64,000 nt of DNA from Phycisphaeraceae bacterium. Lineage in GTDB: Bacteria; Planctomycetota; Phycisphaerae; Phycisphaerales; Phycisphaeraceae. Shown here one piece after another: positions 46,434-56,275 of the stretch. The notes below the pieces were generated by a model. That model had not been told where the DNA came from, ran no database searches, and worked only from the letters and a program-made list of their open reading frames with translations. Position 1 is the stretch's first letter. The number at the start of each line of letters is the position of its first letter. The DNA lies in the NCBI GenBank assembly GCA_963674705.1, contig OY771506.1, positions 4,256,001 through 4,320,000 of the forward strand, read 5' to 3'. The position numbers and the translations under genes are program-made.

Positions 46434-48344
46434 ATGGCTAAACCCATCCTACGCTCGTTCTATGCACGTACCGTGCTCCAGGTCGCCGCACTGGCCTTGA
46501 CCACAACGCTATTGTCCGTCCTCGTGAGTTGCGCCTCGCATGAGCCCGCCGCCGGATTCGAACCCGAGTGGGACAAGCTCGTTGTCGAGGTCGCCAAGTT
46601 CCCCAACGCCCAGCCGACAGGTGTCGCCGTGTCCAGCACCGGCCGCGTCTTCGTCAACTTCCCCTACTGGGACAAACGCCCCGCCGTCTCGGTCGCCGAA
46701 CTCGACGCCGATGGCAAGCTCCAGCCGTTCCCCAGCCGTAGCTGGAACAAATGGGACGGCCGTAGCGCCACCTCCGCGCTGCGCTCGTTCGTCAGCGCCC
46801 AGGCGCTCTACGTCGATCAGGACGACTACCTCTGGGCGCTCGACTCCGGCAGCCCACGCAAAGAGTCCGGCGTCGTCATCGCTGGTCCCAAGCTCTTCAA
46901 GATCGATCTGTCCGACAACAGCATCGCGCAGGTCTTCTACTTCGATCAGAAGCGCGACCTCAAGCCGCACAGCTTCCTGAGCGACTTCCGTGTCGACACC
47001 AAAAAGAACGTCGCCTACATCACCGACGCCGGCCGTGGTGGCATCCTGATCTATAACCTTAAGTCTCGTGAAGCACGCACCGTGCTGCTCGATCACGAAT
47101 CCACCAAGCCGCAGCCCGGTCTGACCGCCGAAATCGGCTCGCACCCATGGGTCAACTTCCTGGGTCAGCGCCCGAGCTACGGCGTCGCCGGTGTCGAACT
47201 CTCCAAAGACAAGCAGTGGCTCTACTACCACGCACTCTGCGGCCGCGAGTTGTATCGCGTACCGACCGAAGCCCTGCTCGATCAGACACTCACCGCCGGC
47301 AGACTCGCCGACTCCGTCGAAAGCCTCGGTTCCACCGGCTCCATCGTCGATGGCATGTGGCTCGATGACACCAACAACCTGTACCTGACTGCCATCGAGA
47401 AAGACGCCATCTTCGTGCGTCGTCCGAGTGGCGAACTGGAAACCTTCGTCGCTGATGAACGCCTGCAATGGCCGGACTCCTTGGCGATGGGCCAGGATGG
47501 TTACCTCTACTTCACCACGTCGATGCGTCACCTGCAGTCGCCGTACCGCATCACGGACGTAAAGGATCAGCCTTACTTCCTGATGAAGGTGTCGGTCGCC
47601 AAGGTTCAGCGTGCGGTGGAAGCCAAGCAGGATGCCGAGTACGCCAAGCAGGCCGCCGAGCAGGCCAAGCTTGAAGCCGCCGCAGCCAGGCAGCAGGCTC
47701 TGCAACAGGAACGTCAAGCCGAGTTGATCAAGGCCGCCGCCGAGCGTGAGGCCCAGAAGGTCGCCACGACCCAGAAGCAGACCGAGGCAGCCGCGCAGAT
47801 CCAGGCCGAAGCCGCCGCCAGCGCCGAACTCGCCGCCCAGCAGCAGGCCGAGGTCGCCGCGAAGGCCGAAGCCGAAGTTGAAAAGGCAAAAGCTCAACTC
47901 GCCGAGGCTCAGGAAGCCGTGAAGCTTGCCAAGGAAGCCGCCGCCAAGGCCAAGGCTCTGTCAGAAGACGCCCGCGCCAAAGCCAAGGCAGGCCAGCAGG
48001 CCAAGAGCGAAGCCCTCGCCGCACGCCAACAGGCCCAGGCCGCACAAGCCGCTTACGAACAGGCGCTTGAAGATTCCAAGGCCGCGCAAGCCTTCACCGA
48101 AACCCTGCAGAAACAGCTGATCGAACAGGAATCCGAAGCCGCCCAGGCCAAACTCAAGGCCGCCAAGGCAGCGCAGGCCGCCCTGCAACAAACCCTCGCA
48201 GCCAAGCAGGCACTGGCGCAGGCCGAACTGGCCAAGCAGGTCGCCGAGCAGGCTCAGCAGCAGGCATGGGCCGCCGAGAACGCCGAGTCCGGTGCTCACG
48301 CGGATGGCGCCGTCCTCACCGCTGAAGTCGCCACTGAAGAGTAA
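46434..48344 (+). CDS. Yellow/major-royal-jelly-like beta-propeller lipoprotein with long Ala/Gln/Lys coiled-coil tail
   Basis: Lipobox LVSC; PTGVAVS..GRVFVNFP, LWALDSG, AYITDAG, WPDS; ~230-aa helical low-complexity C-terminus. Confidence 0.8.
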   Translation: MAKPILRSFYARTVLQVAALALTTTLLSVLVSCASHEPAAGFEPEWDKLVVEVAKFPNAQPTGVAVSSTGRVFVNFPYWDKRPAVSVAELDADGKLQPFPSRSWNKWDGRSATSALRSFVSAQALYVDQDDYLWALDSGSPRKESGVVIAGPKLFKIDLSDNSIAQVFYFDQKRDLKPHSFLSDFRVDTKKNVAYITDAGRGGILIYNLKSREARTVLLDHESTKPQPGLTAEIGSHPWVNFLGQRPSYGVAGVELSKDKQWLYYHALCGRELYRVPTEALLDQTLTAGRLADSVESLGSTGSIVDGMWLDDTNNLYLTAIEKDAIFVRRPSGELETFVADERLQWPDSLAMGQDGYLYFTTSMRHLQSPYRITDVKDQPYFLMKVSVAKVQRAVEAKQDAEYAKQAAEQAKLEAAAARQQALQQERQAELIKAAAEREAQKVATTQKQTEAAAQIQAEAAASAELAAQQQAEVAAKAEAEVEKAKAQLAEAQEAVKLAKEAAAKAKALSEDARAKAKAGQQAKSEALAARQQAQAAQAAYEQALEDSKAAQAFTETLQKQLIEQESEAAQAKLKAAKAAQAALQQTLAAKQALAQAELAKQVAEQAQQQAWAAENAESGAHADGAVLTAEVATEE

Positions 48345-48655
48345 CCTAAACCCACGGTTCGAGTCTACGATCCGTTATGAGTACAAAAGCGCCGGACAAA
48401 AGTTCGGCGTTTTTTTACGCGCCCGATAATGGCACCGGTAAAATGCCGCCATCGCAAGATTTCAATATAAAAAGTTTGAAGAGTCAGACATCCTGTAACC
48501 GATATCTAACATTACCCGCGACCCTGTTCATCAAGCACCCCCTCGGCCGACCAAACTGGCTACGGCATGAAATAAAGGGGCAGCGCGCCGCGGGTTTTTT
48601 CATGCGCTAACTTACCCAAAGCCGCTTACGGCTTAGCGCTTCTGGCAACCCACAA

Positions 48656-48889
48656 TCAACCCTTCCCGTGCTTCACCCGGACGATCCGTTCGATCTCCTC
48701 AACGCTGTAACCTTTAGCGACCAGATCACGCTTCAGACGCATCTCGCCCTCGTGCTGCTTCACCTTTTGCCAGCTACTAGTCAGCACGCCGATGACCGTC
48801 ACCGTCGTCACCATCCCAAACACTGCGATCAATGGCATGTTCGCAGGCGAAAATATCGCGTCCCAATTGACCTCGGCTAACGGCAACAT
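48656..48889 (-). CDS. Small membrane protein, paralog A
   Basis: GGAGG RBS; one TM + LKRDLVAKGYSVEEIERIV. Confidence 0.75.
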   Translation of the reverse strand: MLPLAEVNWDAIFSPANMPLIAVFGMVTTVTVIGVLTSSWQKVKQHEGEMRLKRDLVAKGYSVEEIERIVRVKHGKG

Positions 48890-49039
48890 AACGGACCTCC
48901 AAGTGGCTGGATCAGTGTGTTCTCATCCACATAGTCGCAACTCGGCATGGTCTATGTCAAGATTTCCAAGTTTTTTTAGCCTGTTTTCCTCGCCGGGATC
49001 TTGCCGCCCCCCCGGCTTCGCCCGCCTGAAAGCCGCAAC

Positions 49040-49276
49040 TCACTTCTGCTTGCCCGGTGAAGCCGCGACGATCCGCTCGATCTCGTCGGTGCTGTAGCCC
49101 TTGGCGACAAGGTCGCGCTTCAGAAGGGTTTCATCCCGGCTCTTGTGCGTCAGGTATTTAAAACCAAAAAACGCGATCGCCACCGTGACGAACGTCGCCG
49201 TCCCGAATACCGCAACGATCGGCAGATTGCCTGATGATAGGATCCCGTTCCAATCCACTTCCGCTAAGTAAAACAT
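49040..49276 (-). CDS. Small membrane protein, paralog B
   Basis: GGAGG RBS; one TM + LKRDLVAKGYSTDEIERIV. Confidence 0.75.
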   Translation of the reverse strand: MFYLAEVDWNGILSSGNLPIVAVFGTATFVTVAIAFFGFKYLTHKSRDETLLKRDLVAKGYSTDEIERIVAASPGKQK

Positions 49277-49356
49277 GCTGGACCTCCGCCCGGGGTCTGG
49301 TTTCTCTTACTGGTGTCGTTACCCGTCAGGTTTTATGACATGCCAGAGTAAGAATA

Positions 49357-50349
49357 TTACGTCGCCTCGATTGCCGACAGCACATCCCCTTCCCCGAGCT
49401 TATGCCCCCGCACGAAGTCATCGATCGGCATCATCTTCGTCCCGGGCGCCTGTACCTCGATCAACTTCACCGACCCGTCGGCCGTCAAAACGTGATATTC
49501 CTGCCCGTCACTCGAATGCACGACCGTCCCGGGCTTCGGCTTCTTTTCCACTGACTCCAACCCCACAAAACACGACAAGTCAGGCACAGCGAACACCCGG
49601 CCGAGTGTCAGCACGTTTGTCTTGCCCGTTGCTTTGCAGAACCAGTTAACCCGACAGCCCGGCCAGGGGGTCAGGCCATGCACACGGCAGCGCACCGTTT
49701 CGCTTGGCTGATTGAAGTCCACCGTCCCGATCGCCTTGCTCATCTTCGGCGCCTTGGTCGCCTTATCGTGGTCCTGCTCCTGCGGGTTCAGCGTCCCGGC
49801 CGCAAGATCATCCACCACCTTCCCCACCACGCCGGGCCCAAGCTCCGCCAACCGGTCATGCAATTCCCCGGCCGTCTCAAGCGGGTCGATCTTCACCGAA
49901 TCCTGCGCATACACCGGCCCGGCATCCATCTTCTGCGCCAGCCCGATCACGCATACCCCCGTCTGCTGCTCGCCATTAATCACCGCCCAGTTGATCGGCG
50001 CAGCCCCCCGGTACTTCGGCAACAGCGACGCATGCAGATTCACCGCCAACTCCCCCATCGCCTCGATCAAAGGCTCCCCCAGCTTCTGCCCAAACGCGAT
50101 CACGATCGACGCCCGCCCCCGGAAGTTCTTGATCTTCTCGACAAACGCCGGCTCATTCACATCCTCAGTTCGCAATAGTTCAATGCCATTCTCCAACGCC
50201 CAGGCCGCGATCGGCGTCGGCGTCAACACCCGCTTACGCCCCGCCGGCTTGTCCGGCTGACTCACCACCGCCACCAACTCATGCCGCGCATGCAGCATCT
50301 TCACCGTCGGCAACCCAAACGCTCCAGAACCGAAAAACAACAGACGCAT
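49357..50349 (-). CDS. fmt: Methionyl-tRNA formyltransferase
   Basis: MRLLFFGS, VVSQPDKPAGR, NLHASLLPKYRGAAPINWA, MDAGP, PWPG. Confidence 0.95.
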   Translation of the reverse strand: MRLLFFGSGAFGLPTVKMLHARHELVAVVSQPDKPAGRKRVLTPTPIAAWALENGIELLRTEDVNEPAFVEKIKNFRGRASIVIAFGQKLGEPLIEAMGELAVNLHASLLPKYRGAAPINWAVINGEQQTGVCVIGLAQKMDAGPVYAQDSVKIDPLETAGELHDRLAELGPGVVGKVVDDLAAGTLNPQEQDHDKATKAPKMSKAIGTVDFNQPSETVRCRVHGLTPWPGCRVNWFCKATGKTNVLTLGRVFAVPDLSCFVGLESVEKKPKPGTVVHSSDGQEYHVLTADGSVKLIEVQAPGTKMMPIDDFVRGHKLGEGDVLSAIEAT

Positions 50350-50408
50350 ATAGGACTCCGAATGACCATTTACTACAATATATTGCCCAAATATTTCACC
50401 ACGTAATA

Positions 50409-51128
50409 TCACCTCATATATATGTGATTATTGTGATATTCGATATTAGCTACATCAATTTTATGTCGCCTAGTACGTAACGTTTCTTGATCAATTTGAA
50501 TAGCACCATAATCCAGCATTGCATGATGGTTGGGACAGACAATTATAATGTTCCCTTTACAGTCTGTACCACCATGGGATCGACCAAGAGGACGAATGTG
50601 ATGTGCTTCACAATAGCAGGTATTTCTACTCATTAGTTCTATCGTAAAGCCGCATATTTGACAGCGGTACTCATACAAATCTTTTAGTTGCATCACGATC
50701 AAGGTGTCTCTAATAATTCGACTCACAATGAGTTCTGAACGCTCGGGGAGTTCAGGCTCGTCAATGTCAACTGCCAAGCAATATTTATCACTAGCACTTG
50801 CTCGAGCTTGGGGCGTTAAACCTGTGGAAGATTCGTAACCAGCGATCTCAACTATAGATTCAGTATTTGGATTTCTAAAGTCCAATAATCTGTATTGCCC
50901 ACGATTTAAGAACGCAATGAGGTTTCTATCACGCAATTCTTGCAGAACACGACTAAGTGTTTGTGTAGGAGTAGCACCATCAGAATGCGTGTCTGAAATA
51001 ATTTTCTTTAGCTCTTGGCTGATCAACTCTTGTCGTTCAAAGCAATCGCTCTTCTTCCGATTACACAAGCGCTGAATTGCATCTAACGTTGCCAATTGCC
51101 AGTCTTCATGCGTCATATTACTTACCAA
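50409..51128 (-). CDS. Winged-helix (DpnI C-terminal-like) + HNH endonuclease; candidate modification-dependent restriction enzyme
   Basis: TLSRVLQELRDRNLIAFLNRGQYRL; CQICG...EAHHIRPL...GNIIIVCPNHH...D; AT-rich. Confidence 0.75.
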   Translation of the reverse strand: MVSNMTHEDWQLATLDAIQRLCNRKKSDCFERQELISQELKKIISDTHSDGATPTQTLSRVLQELRDRNLIAFLNRGQYRLLDFRNPNTESIVEIAGYESSTGLTPQARASASDKYCLAVDIDEPELPERSELIVSRIIRDTLIVMQLKDLYEYRCQICGFTIELMSRNTCYCEAHHIRPLGRSHGGTDCKGNIIIVCPNHHAMLDYGAIQIDQETLRTRRHKIDVANIEYHNNHIYMR

Positions 51129-51163
51129 CTTATTCTGAAGTTTAAGGGTAAATATGATCGGTG

Positions 51164-52594
51164 CTAATCCCCCAGTCGTGGCCGGATGTTCGCACCCTTC
51201 ACGCCCGTCAGTTCATCCCCAAGATCCCCGCGCATCTCATCCATCAGTGCTTTCATCTTCGCCAGCACATCCGGGTGATCCTGCATGAGGTTTTTCTGCT
51301 CGCCGGGGTCGGTCGGTAGGTAATACAGAGCTTCGGGCATCTGGGCGTCGTATTCGCGCAGGCGGTGATCGTAGACGTTCTCTTCCCACAACGGCACCTC
51401 GGCGCGGTACTTCCATGGGCCACTTCGGACAGCGTGCAGGTTGTATTGGTGGTAGTAGTAGAACACCTCGCGCGGACTCGGTGAATCCGGGTCCTCCAGC
51501 AGGCTGGTGATATCTTTACCGTCGATCTTTTTCTCGATCATGTCAGTCGAATTCGTCAAAGCGGCGAGCGTCGGCAGGAAGTCCATTGAGGTCGTCACTT
51601 CCGAACATACACCGCCTTCGGGGATTCTTCTTGGCCACCTCGCGATGCACGGCACGCGCATCCCCCCGTCATACGTCGCGCCCTTCGCTGCGCGCAACGG
51701 TGTCGCCGAACCACCATCCTCGCCACGCAGATACCACGGCCCGTTGTCCGACGTGAAGATCACCAGCGTGTCTTTGTCCAGCCCCTGCTTCTTGAGCGTT
51801 TCCAGGATCTGCCCGACGCTCCAGTCGATCTCCTCGATCGCGTCGCCATAAAGCCCGCGCGGCGATCGATCGACAAAATCTTCCGATGCGTGCAACGGCG
51901 TGTGTGGCATGTTATGCGCCAGATATATAAAAAACGGCCGATCACGGTTCGTCTCGATGAACCGCTGAACCTCCTCGGTGTACCGCTTCGTCAACGTGTC
52001 CTGAACGATCGGCTCCTCGACCTTTTCCTCGTTGCGCTGTAACCAGACCGGATTCATGTCGTTGCTGTATGGCGTGCCGAACCAGTAATCGAACCCGTGC
52101 CGGATCGGTATATGCTCCGGCTGATGCCCGAGGTGCCACTTGCCGATGCACGCCGTGGCATACCCCTGCGACTGCATGAGTTCCGCGATCGTCAATTCGT
52201 CAGGATTGATGCCGCAGTTGCTGCGTTGATGCAACACATGCCTCGGCCCAAGGTGATCATTCTTAGGATTGTTACGCGGGAACTCCGCCATACTCACGCG
52301 CTGTGCGTAGCAACCAGTCATGATCGAAGCACGCGAAGGCGTGCAGATCGCTGACGACACATAAAAGTCCGTAAACCGAACCCCCTCCGCCGCCATCTTG
52401 TCGAGGTTCGGCGTCTTAATTAAAAATGATCCGTAACAGCCGACGTCGTTATACCCCTGGTCATCGGTCAGGATAATGATCACATTCGGTTTCTGTTTTG
52501 CATCCGCACGACTCGAGCCGATCGCGCACGACTGCAAACCCAAGCAACAAAGCAAAAGCAATCCTGCTCGCACAGCAAAGTCCGTATGCTTCAT
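51164..52594 (-). CDS. Sulfatase (formylglycine-dependent, arylsulfatase A-like)
   Basis: PNVIIILTDDQG, CTPSRAS, GKWHLG, FTSDNGP. Confidence 0.93.
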   Translation of the reverse strand: MKHTDFAVRAGLLLLCCLGLQSCAIGSSRADAKQKPNVIIILTDDQGYNDVGCYGSFLIKTPNLDKMAAEGVRFTDFYVSSAICTPSRASIMTGCYAQRVSMAEFPRNNPKNDHLGPRHVLHQRSNCGINPDELTIAELMQSQGYATACIGKWHLGHQPEHIPIRHGFDYWFGTPYSNDMNPVWLQRNEEKVEEPIVQDTLTKRYTEEVQRFIETNRDRPFFIYLAHNMPHTPLHASEDFVDRSPRGLYGDAIEEIDWSVGQILETLKKQGLDKDTLVIFTSDNGPWYLRGEDGGSATPLRAAKGATYDGGMRVPCIARWPRRIPEGGVCSEVTTSMDFLPTLAALTNSTDMIEKKIDGKDITSLLEDPDSPSPREVFYYYHQYNLHAVRSGPWKYRAEVPLWEENVYDHRLREYDAQMPEALYYLPTDPGEQKNLMQDHPDVLAKMKALMDEMRGDLGDELTGVKGANIRPRLGD

Positions 52595-52761
52595 GGCAAA
52601 CCTATTCCGGTAAGTTAAAGAACCAACGACCTGTTCTTAGTGATGTGAGCCAATCACAAAACATTTGAAGAGACTCTCGAGGATGATTCCAATCCACTTG
52701 TGTCTACACGTGCTTCAACTGTCTCTTATCATCGCGATCTTCGCGCCTTCGCGGTTCAACC

Positions 52762-53295
52762 TCACCGCTTCGCTGCCGCGTTTTCCAGGTCCTGGATGGC
52801 CTGGCGATTCGCGACCTTGTCGATGGCGGGCATGCGGTCGAGGATGAGGATGCCATCGAGGTGGTCGGTCTCGTGTTGCCAGACGCGGGCGGCCAGTTCC
52901 TGGCTGGTGAGTTGGAACGGTTGGCCGTGCTCGTCGAGGGCGTCGATGGTGATGCCCAGGGGTCGGGTGATGTCGCCGGTGACGTGGGGGATGCTCAGGC
53001 AACCCTCATCGCGGGTGTGCATCTGCTCGGTCGGATTGGAAAATTGTGGATTAATAAAGACTCGGTCATCTTCTGGCTCCCCCGTCGGATTGGCGACAAA
53101 AAGCCGCCAGCTCAGCCCCACCTGGGGGGCAGCCAGCCCCACGCCACGGGCCTCGTGCATGAGCTGGAGCATCCGGGCGGCGACCTGCCGAACCTCATCC
53201 GTGACCTCTGGGACGGGCTCACAGGGCTTACGGAGCACCGGATCGGGGTAAAGGACGATTTTCAGGCTTTCGGGGTCTACGGGGCGGCTTGGCAT
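52762..53295 (-). CDS. def: Peptide deformylase
   Basis: GVGLAAPQVG, EGCLSIP, QHETDHLDG; start at MPSRP (53295). Confidence 0.95.
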   Translation of the reverse strand: MPSRPVDPESLKIVLYPDPVLRKPCEPVPEVTDEVRQVAARMLQLMHEARGVGLAAPQVGLSWRLFVANPTGEPEDDRVFINPQFSNPTEQMHTRDEGCLSIPHVTGDITRPLGITIDALDEHGQPFQLTSQELAARVWQHETDHLDGILILDRMPAIDKVANRQAIQDLENAAAKR

Positions 53296-53510
53296 ATACA
53301 GGATGGTATGCCAGTGGCCCCGAAGGGACAAGCTGGTGCTAATTTGATGCTATACCGTAGGTTGGGACTTGACCGGACCGCAAATCATTGGCATACTGAT
53401 CGTGGCTTGAGTTGATATACCCAAGGTCGAGCGGGCTCCGTGACACATCCGTACGCTCGTCTATAAGGCCTGAACTACACAGAAATTCGTTCAATGGAGA
53501 GGCTCCGCTG

Positions 53511-53831
53511 ATGGCCACCGTTACGAAAAAAGAACTGATTGACCAGATCGCAGACGCCACCGGACAAAAGCGAGTAGTTGTCAAAAGCATTGTCCAGACC
53601 TTCCTCAACAACATCGTTGTGGAGCTAGGTAAAGGTAACCGTCTGGAGTTCCGCGACTTCGGGGTGTTCGAGGTCAAGCAGCGCCGCGCCCGCAAGGCCC
53701 AGAACCCCAAGACCCTCGAAGAGGTCTGGGTTCCGCCCAAACGCACCGTCAAGTTCAAGGTCGGTCGGCTGATGAAGCAGACGCTCATCGATGAGCCCGC
53801 CGAGGCCGACAGACAGCGCGAAGCGCTCTAA
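53511..53831 (+). CDS. HU/IHF-family DNA-binding protein
   Basis: TKKELIDQIA, LEFRDFGVFEV, ARKAQNPKT, VKFKVG. Confidence 0.93.
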   Translation: MATVTKKELIDQIADATGQKRVVVKSIVQTFLNNIVVELGKGNRLEFRDFGVFEVKQRRARKAQNPKTLEEVWVPPKRTVKFKVGRLMKQTLIDEPAEADRQREAL

Positions 53832-53947
53832 CTGATTGCCTATACTTTGCCAACACACGCTACCTTCATGCCGCTGGTTGCGCATACGGTTTTGTGCAGC
53901 GGTATCTTCACAGGTAACGGTTTGACAATCAGTATGGGTCCTTAACC

Positions 53948-55198
53948 TTGCCTGCCAACTCACAACACAACACATACCACGCCAATCCCGTCCTTGGCGA
54001 GTTGTCCGATGCGCTACACGAACTGGAGCAACACGGCCTGTTACGCTCGCTGCATGTCGCGGCCTGCGACGGGCCGATCGTCCGCTCAACCGATGGCCGC
54101 GAGTTCATCAACTTCACCAGCAACAGCTACCTGGGATTGAATGAACATCCGAAGATGAAGCAGGCTGTGCAGCAGGCCGTTCAGCAATACGGCACAGGCT
54201 CGGGCGCGAGCCTGCTGATCTCCGGCCACGGCCCGATACACGAACAGACTGAACACCGTTTCGCCCAGTTCAAGCACGCCGAAGCAGCGGTGCTGCTGCC
54301 TTCCGGTTATATGGCTAACCTCGCCGTCCTTACCGCACTAGCCGGCCCCGGTGATCTTGTATGCTTGGATAAACTCTGCCACGCCAGCCTCATCGACGGC
54401 GCACGAGCCAGCGGCGCAGATGTCCGTACCTATCCGCACCTGACCACCGACAAACTCCGCCGACTCCTCGAACGCCATGCCACCGACAACGCTTGCGGTT
54501 TAGCGGGTGATCGCAGATCGCCGCGCTCTCCCAGAAGATTCATCGTCACCGATAGTGTCTTCTCAATGGACGGCGACTGTGCCGACATGCCTGCACTCTG
54601 TGACCTCGCTGAAGAGTTCGACGCCCTGCTCATCGTTGACGAGGCTCACGGCACAGGCATCCTCGGCCAAACCGGCGCCGGCCTCTGCGAAGCGCAAGGC
54701 GTAGCCGATCGCGTCCACATCACTATCAGCACCGCCAGCAAAGCACTCGGCGGCCTGGGTGGAATCATCACCGCAGATAAAGTCATCATCGATACACTCA
54801 TCAACCTCGCCCGCCCGTTGATCTACACCACCGCAATCCCCCCCGCTCAAGCCGCCACGATCCTGCAGGCTGTCGAGTTGATCCGCGTTGAACCGGAACG
54901 CCGACAACGCCTGCAAGACCTGACGCAGCGACTGCGAAACGGCCTGATCGATCAGGGCTGGGATATCCCGCCGCAAGGCGAATTCGTCACACCCATCGTG
55001 CCGCTGATTGTCGGCTCCGCATCAGCCGCGACCACCCTCGCCGATCACCTGTTCGCCCAAGGCCTCGCCGCACCCGCCATCCGCCCGCCCACCGTCGCCC
55101 CCGGAAGCGCCCGTATCCGTCTCAGTGTCCGCGCTGATATGTCCGAACTGCACATCGATCGTTTGATCGATGCCCTGGCCGGCTTCAAACCTGAATGA
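53948..55198 (+). CDS. bioF: 8-amino-7-oxononanoate synthase
   Basis: SNSYLGL, SGYMAN, HASLIDG, DSVFSMDGD, DEAH, SKALG, IRPPTV. Confidence 0.9.
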   Translation: MPANSQHNTYHANPVLGELSDALHELEQHGLLRSLHVAACDGPIVRSTDGREFINFTSNSYLGLNEHPKMKQAVQQAVQQYGTGSGASLLISGHGPIHEQTEHRFAQFKHAEAAVLLPSGYMANLAVLTALAGPGDLVCLDKLCHASLIDGARASGADVRTYPHLTTDKLRRLLERHATDNACGLAGDRRSPRSPRRFIVTDSVFSMDGDCADMPALCDLAEEFDALLIVDEAHGTGILGQTGAGLCEAQGVADRVHITISTASKALGGLGGIITADKVIIDTLINLARPLIYTTAIPPAQAATILQAVELIRVEPERRQRLQDLTQRLRNGLIDQGWDIPPQGEFVTPIVPLIVGSASAATTLADHLFAQGLAAPAIRPPTVAPGSARIRLSVRADMSELHIDRLIDALAGFKPE

Positions 55199-55744
55199 AT
55201 CCCGCACAGTATCCGTAGCCTGATCGGATGGCTTCTCATTCGTTTCACAAACCTGGCTGCCAAACATTCGGTGCAGGCGTTCTTTCTTTGGATCGACACC
55301 CGCATCACACCTTGCCGGCTCAGGTTCTTTTTCCAGGAATGCCCGCATCTCTCGCTCGCCTAACAGCCCCAATCGTCGAGACACGTTTCCACGATTGCGC
55401 GCCACCCAGTAGTACGCCCGTCGTGCAAAGCCGGCCATCCCTGGCCGGGCAAGCTTCAACGCCAGAGGACGGCACCTGCGGATCGCGTACAACACCATCA
55501 GCCACGCCTTGTCCGACCGATAGACCTCGCCGTTGTCACCAATCGCAAGTAATTCTTCAGGTGGACCATCCGCAATCAGCGTGGGGTATCGGTCTCTTGC
55601 GGCCTGGCTGTGCGAATCAAGAAACTTCACGGGAAAGTAAGTCTGCTGCTGCAGCACCCACTTCTTACACCGCACGCACAGTCCGCATTCGCCATCATAT
55701 AGAACGGTCAAAGAATTCATTGTCGGTACTCCGTTGTCCTTCAC
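55022..55744 (-). CDS. DCC1-like / DUF393 thiol-disulfide oxidoreductase family
   Basis: VLYDGECGLC; AYYWVARNR; the tail overlaps bioF convergently. Confidence 0.8.
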   Translation of the reverse strand: MKDNGVPTMNSLTVLYDGECGLCVRCKKWVLQQQTYFPVKFLDSHSQAARDRYPTLIADGPPEELLAIGDNGEVYRSDKAWLMVLYAIRRCRPLALKLARPGMAGFARRAYYWVARNRGNVSRRLGLLGEREMRAFLEKEPEPARCDAGVDPKKERLHRMFGSQVCETNEKPSDQATDTVRDSFRFEAGQGIDQTIDVQFGHISADTETDTGASGGDGGRADGGCGEALGEQVIGEGGRG

Positions 55745-55767
55745 GGGTGTGTATGATCCGCTAGCTC

Positions 55768-56181
55768 TTACGCACTCGTCGCGATGGTCTGGTCAGGCGT
55801 CACCGGTGGCGGCGCCGTTTCGATCACCGCATGCTTGCGGCATCGCGTGAAGATATACAGGTTGAAAAAGTGCATGCCGCCCAGAACCACCAGCACAAAG
55901 CCGACCTTCGTGCTCAGGAATTCAATCGCACCCTGTAGGTCATCCGGCTTGCTCCCGTATTTGAGCGCTAATGTCACGTAACCGATGTTGATCAGGTAAA
56001 AACCGACGACCAGCAGGTGATTGATCGAATCCGCCAGCTTCTCGTTGCCATGAAACGCATCGACCAGGAAGTGTCGGCCGTTGCGGTGAAGCGTCCGCGC
56101 GACCCAGACCGTCAGCCCGATGCTGATCGGTACATAAAAGGCATACGTCAGCACGGTGTAATTCATATTCTCAAGCATCAC
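55768..56181 (-). CDS. Conserved hypothetical membrane protein
   Basis: Three TMs; LADSINHLLVVGFYLINIG; lies between the regulator and the DUF393 gene. Confidence 0.75.
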   Translation of the reverse strand: MMLENMNYTVLTYAFYVPISIGLTVWVARTLHRNGRHFLVDAFHGNEKLADSINHLLVVGFYLINIGYVTLALKYGSKPDDLQGAIEFLSTKVGFVLVVLGGMHFFNLYIFTRCRKHAVIETAPPPVTPDQTIATSA

Positions 56182-56275
56182 GTGTTCCTTTCCGGGCCGG
56201 GGCCCTATTTCAGTTGTTTCTGTATTGACTGAAACTTCAATAGCCGCGTATAAATCCGCCGCCCCCGTTCGGCGG

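Noticed and set aside
46509..47897. 462-aa minus-strand ORF
   Set aside because: Antisense shadow of the Yellow-like/coiled-coil gene
55022..55198. 177-nt convergent overlap of the DUF393 gene with bioF as functional overprinting
   Set aside because: The tail looks like low-information read-through beyond the conserved domain
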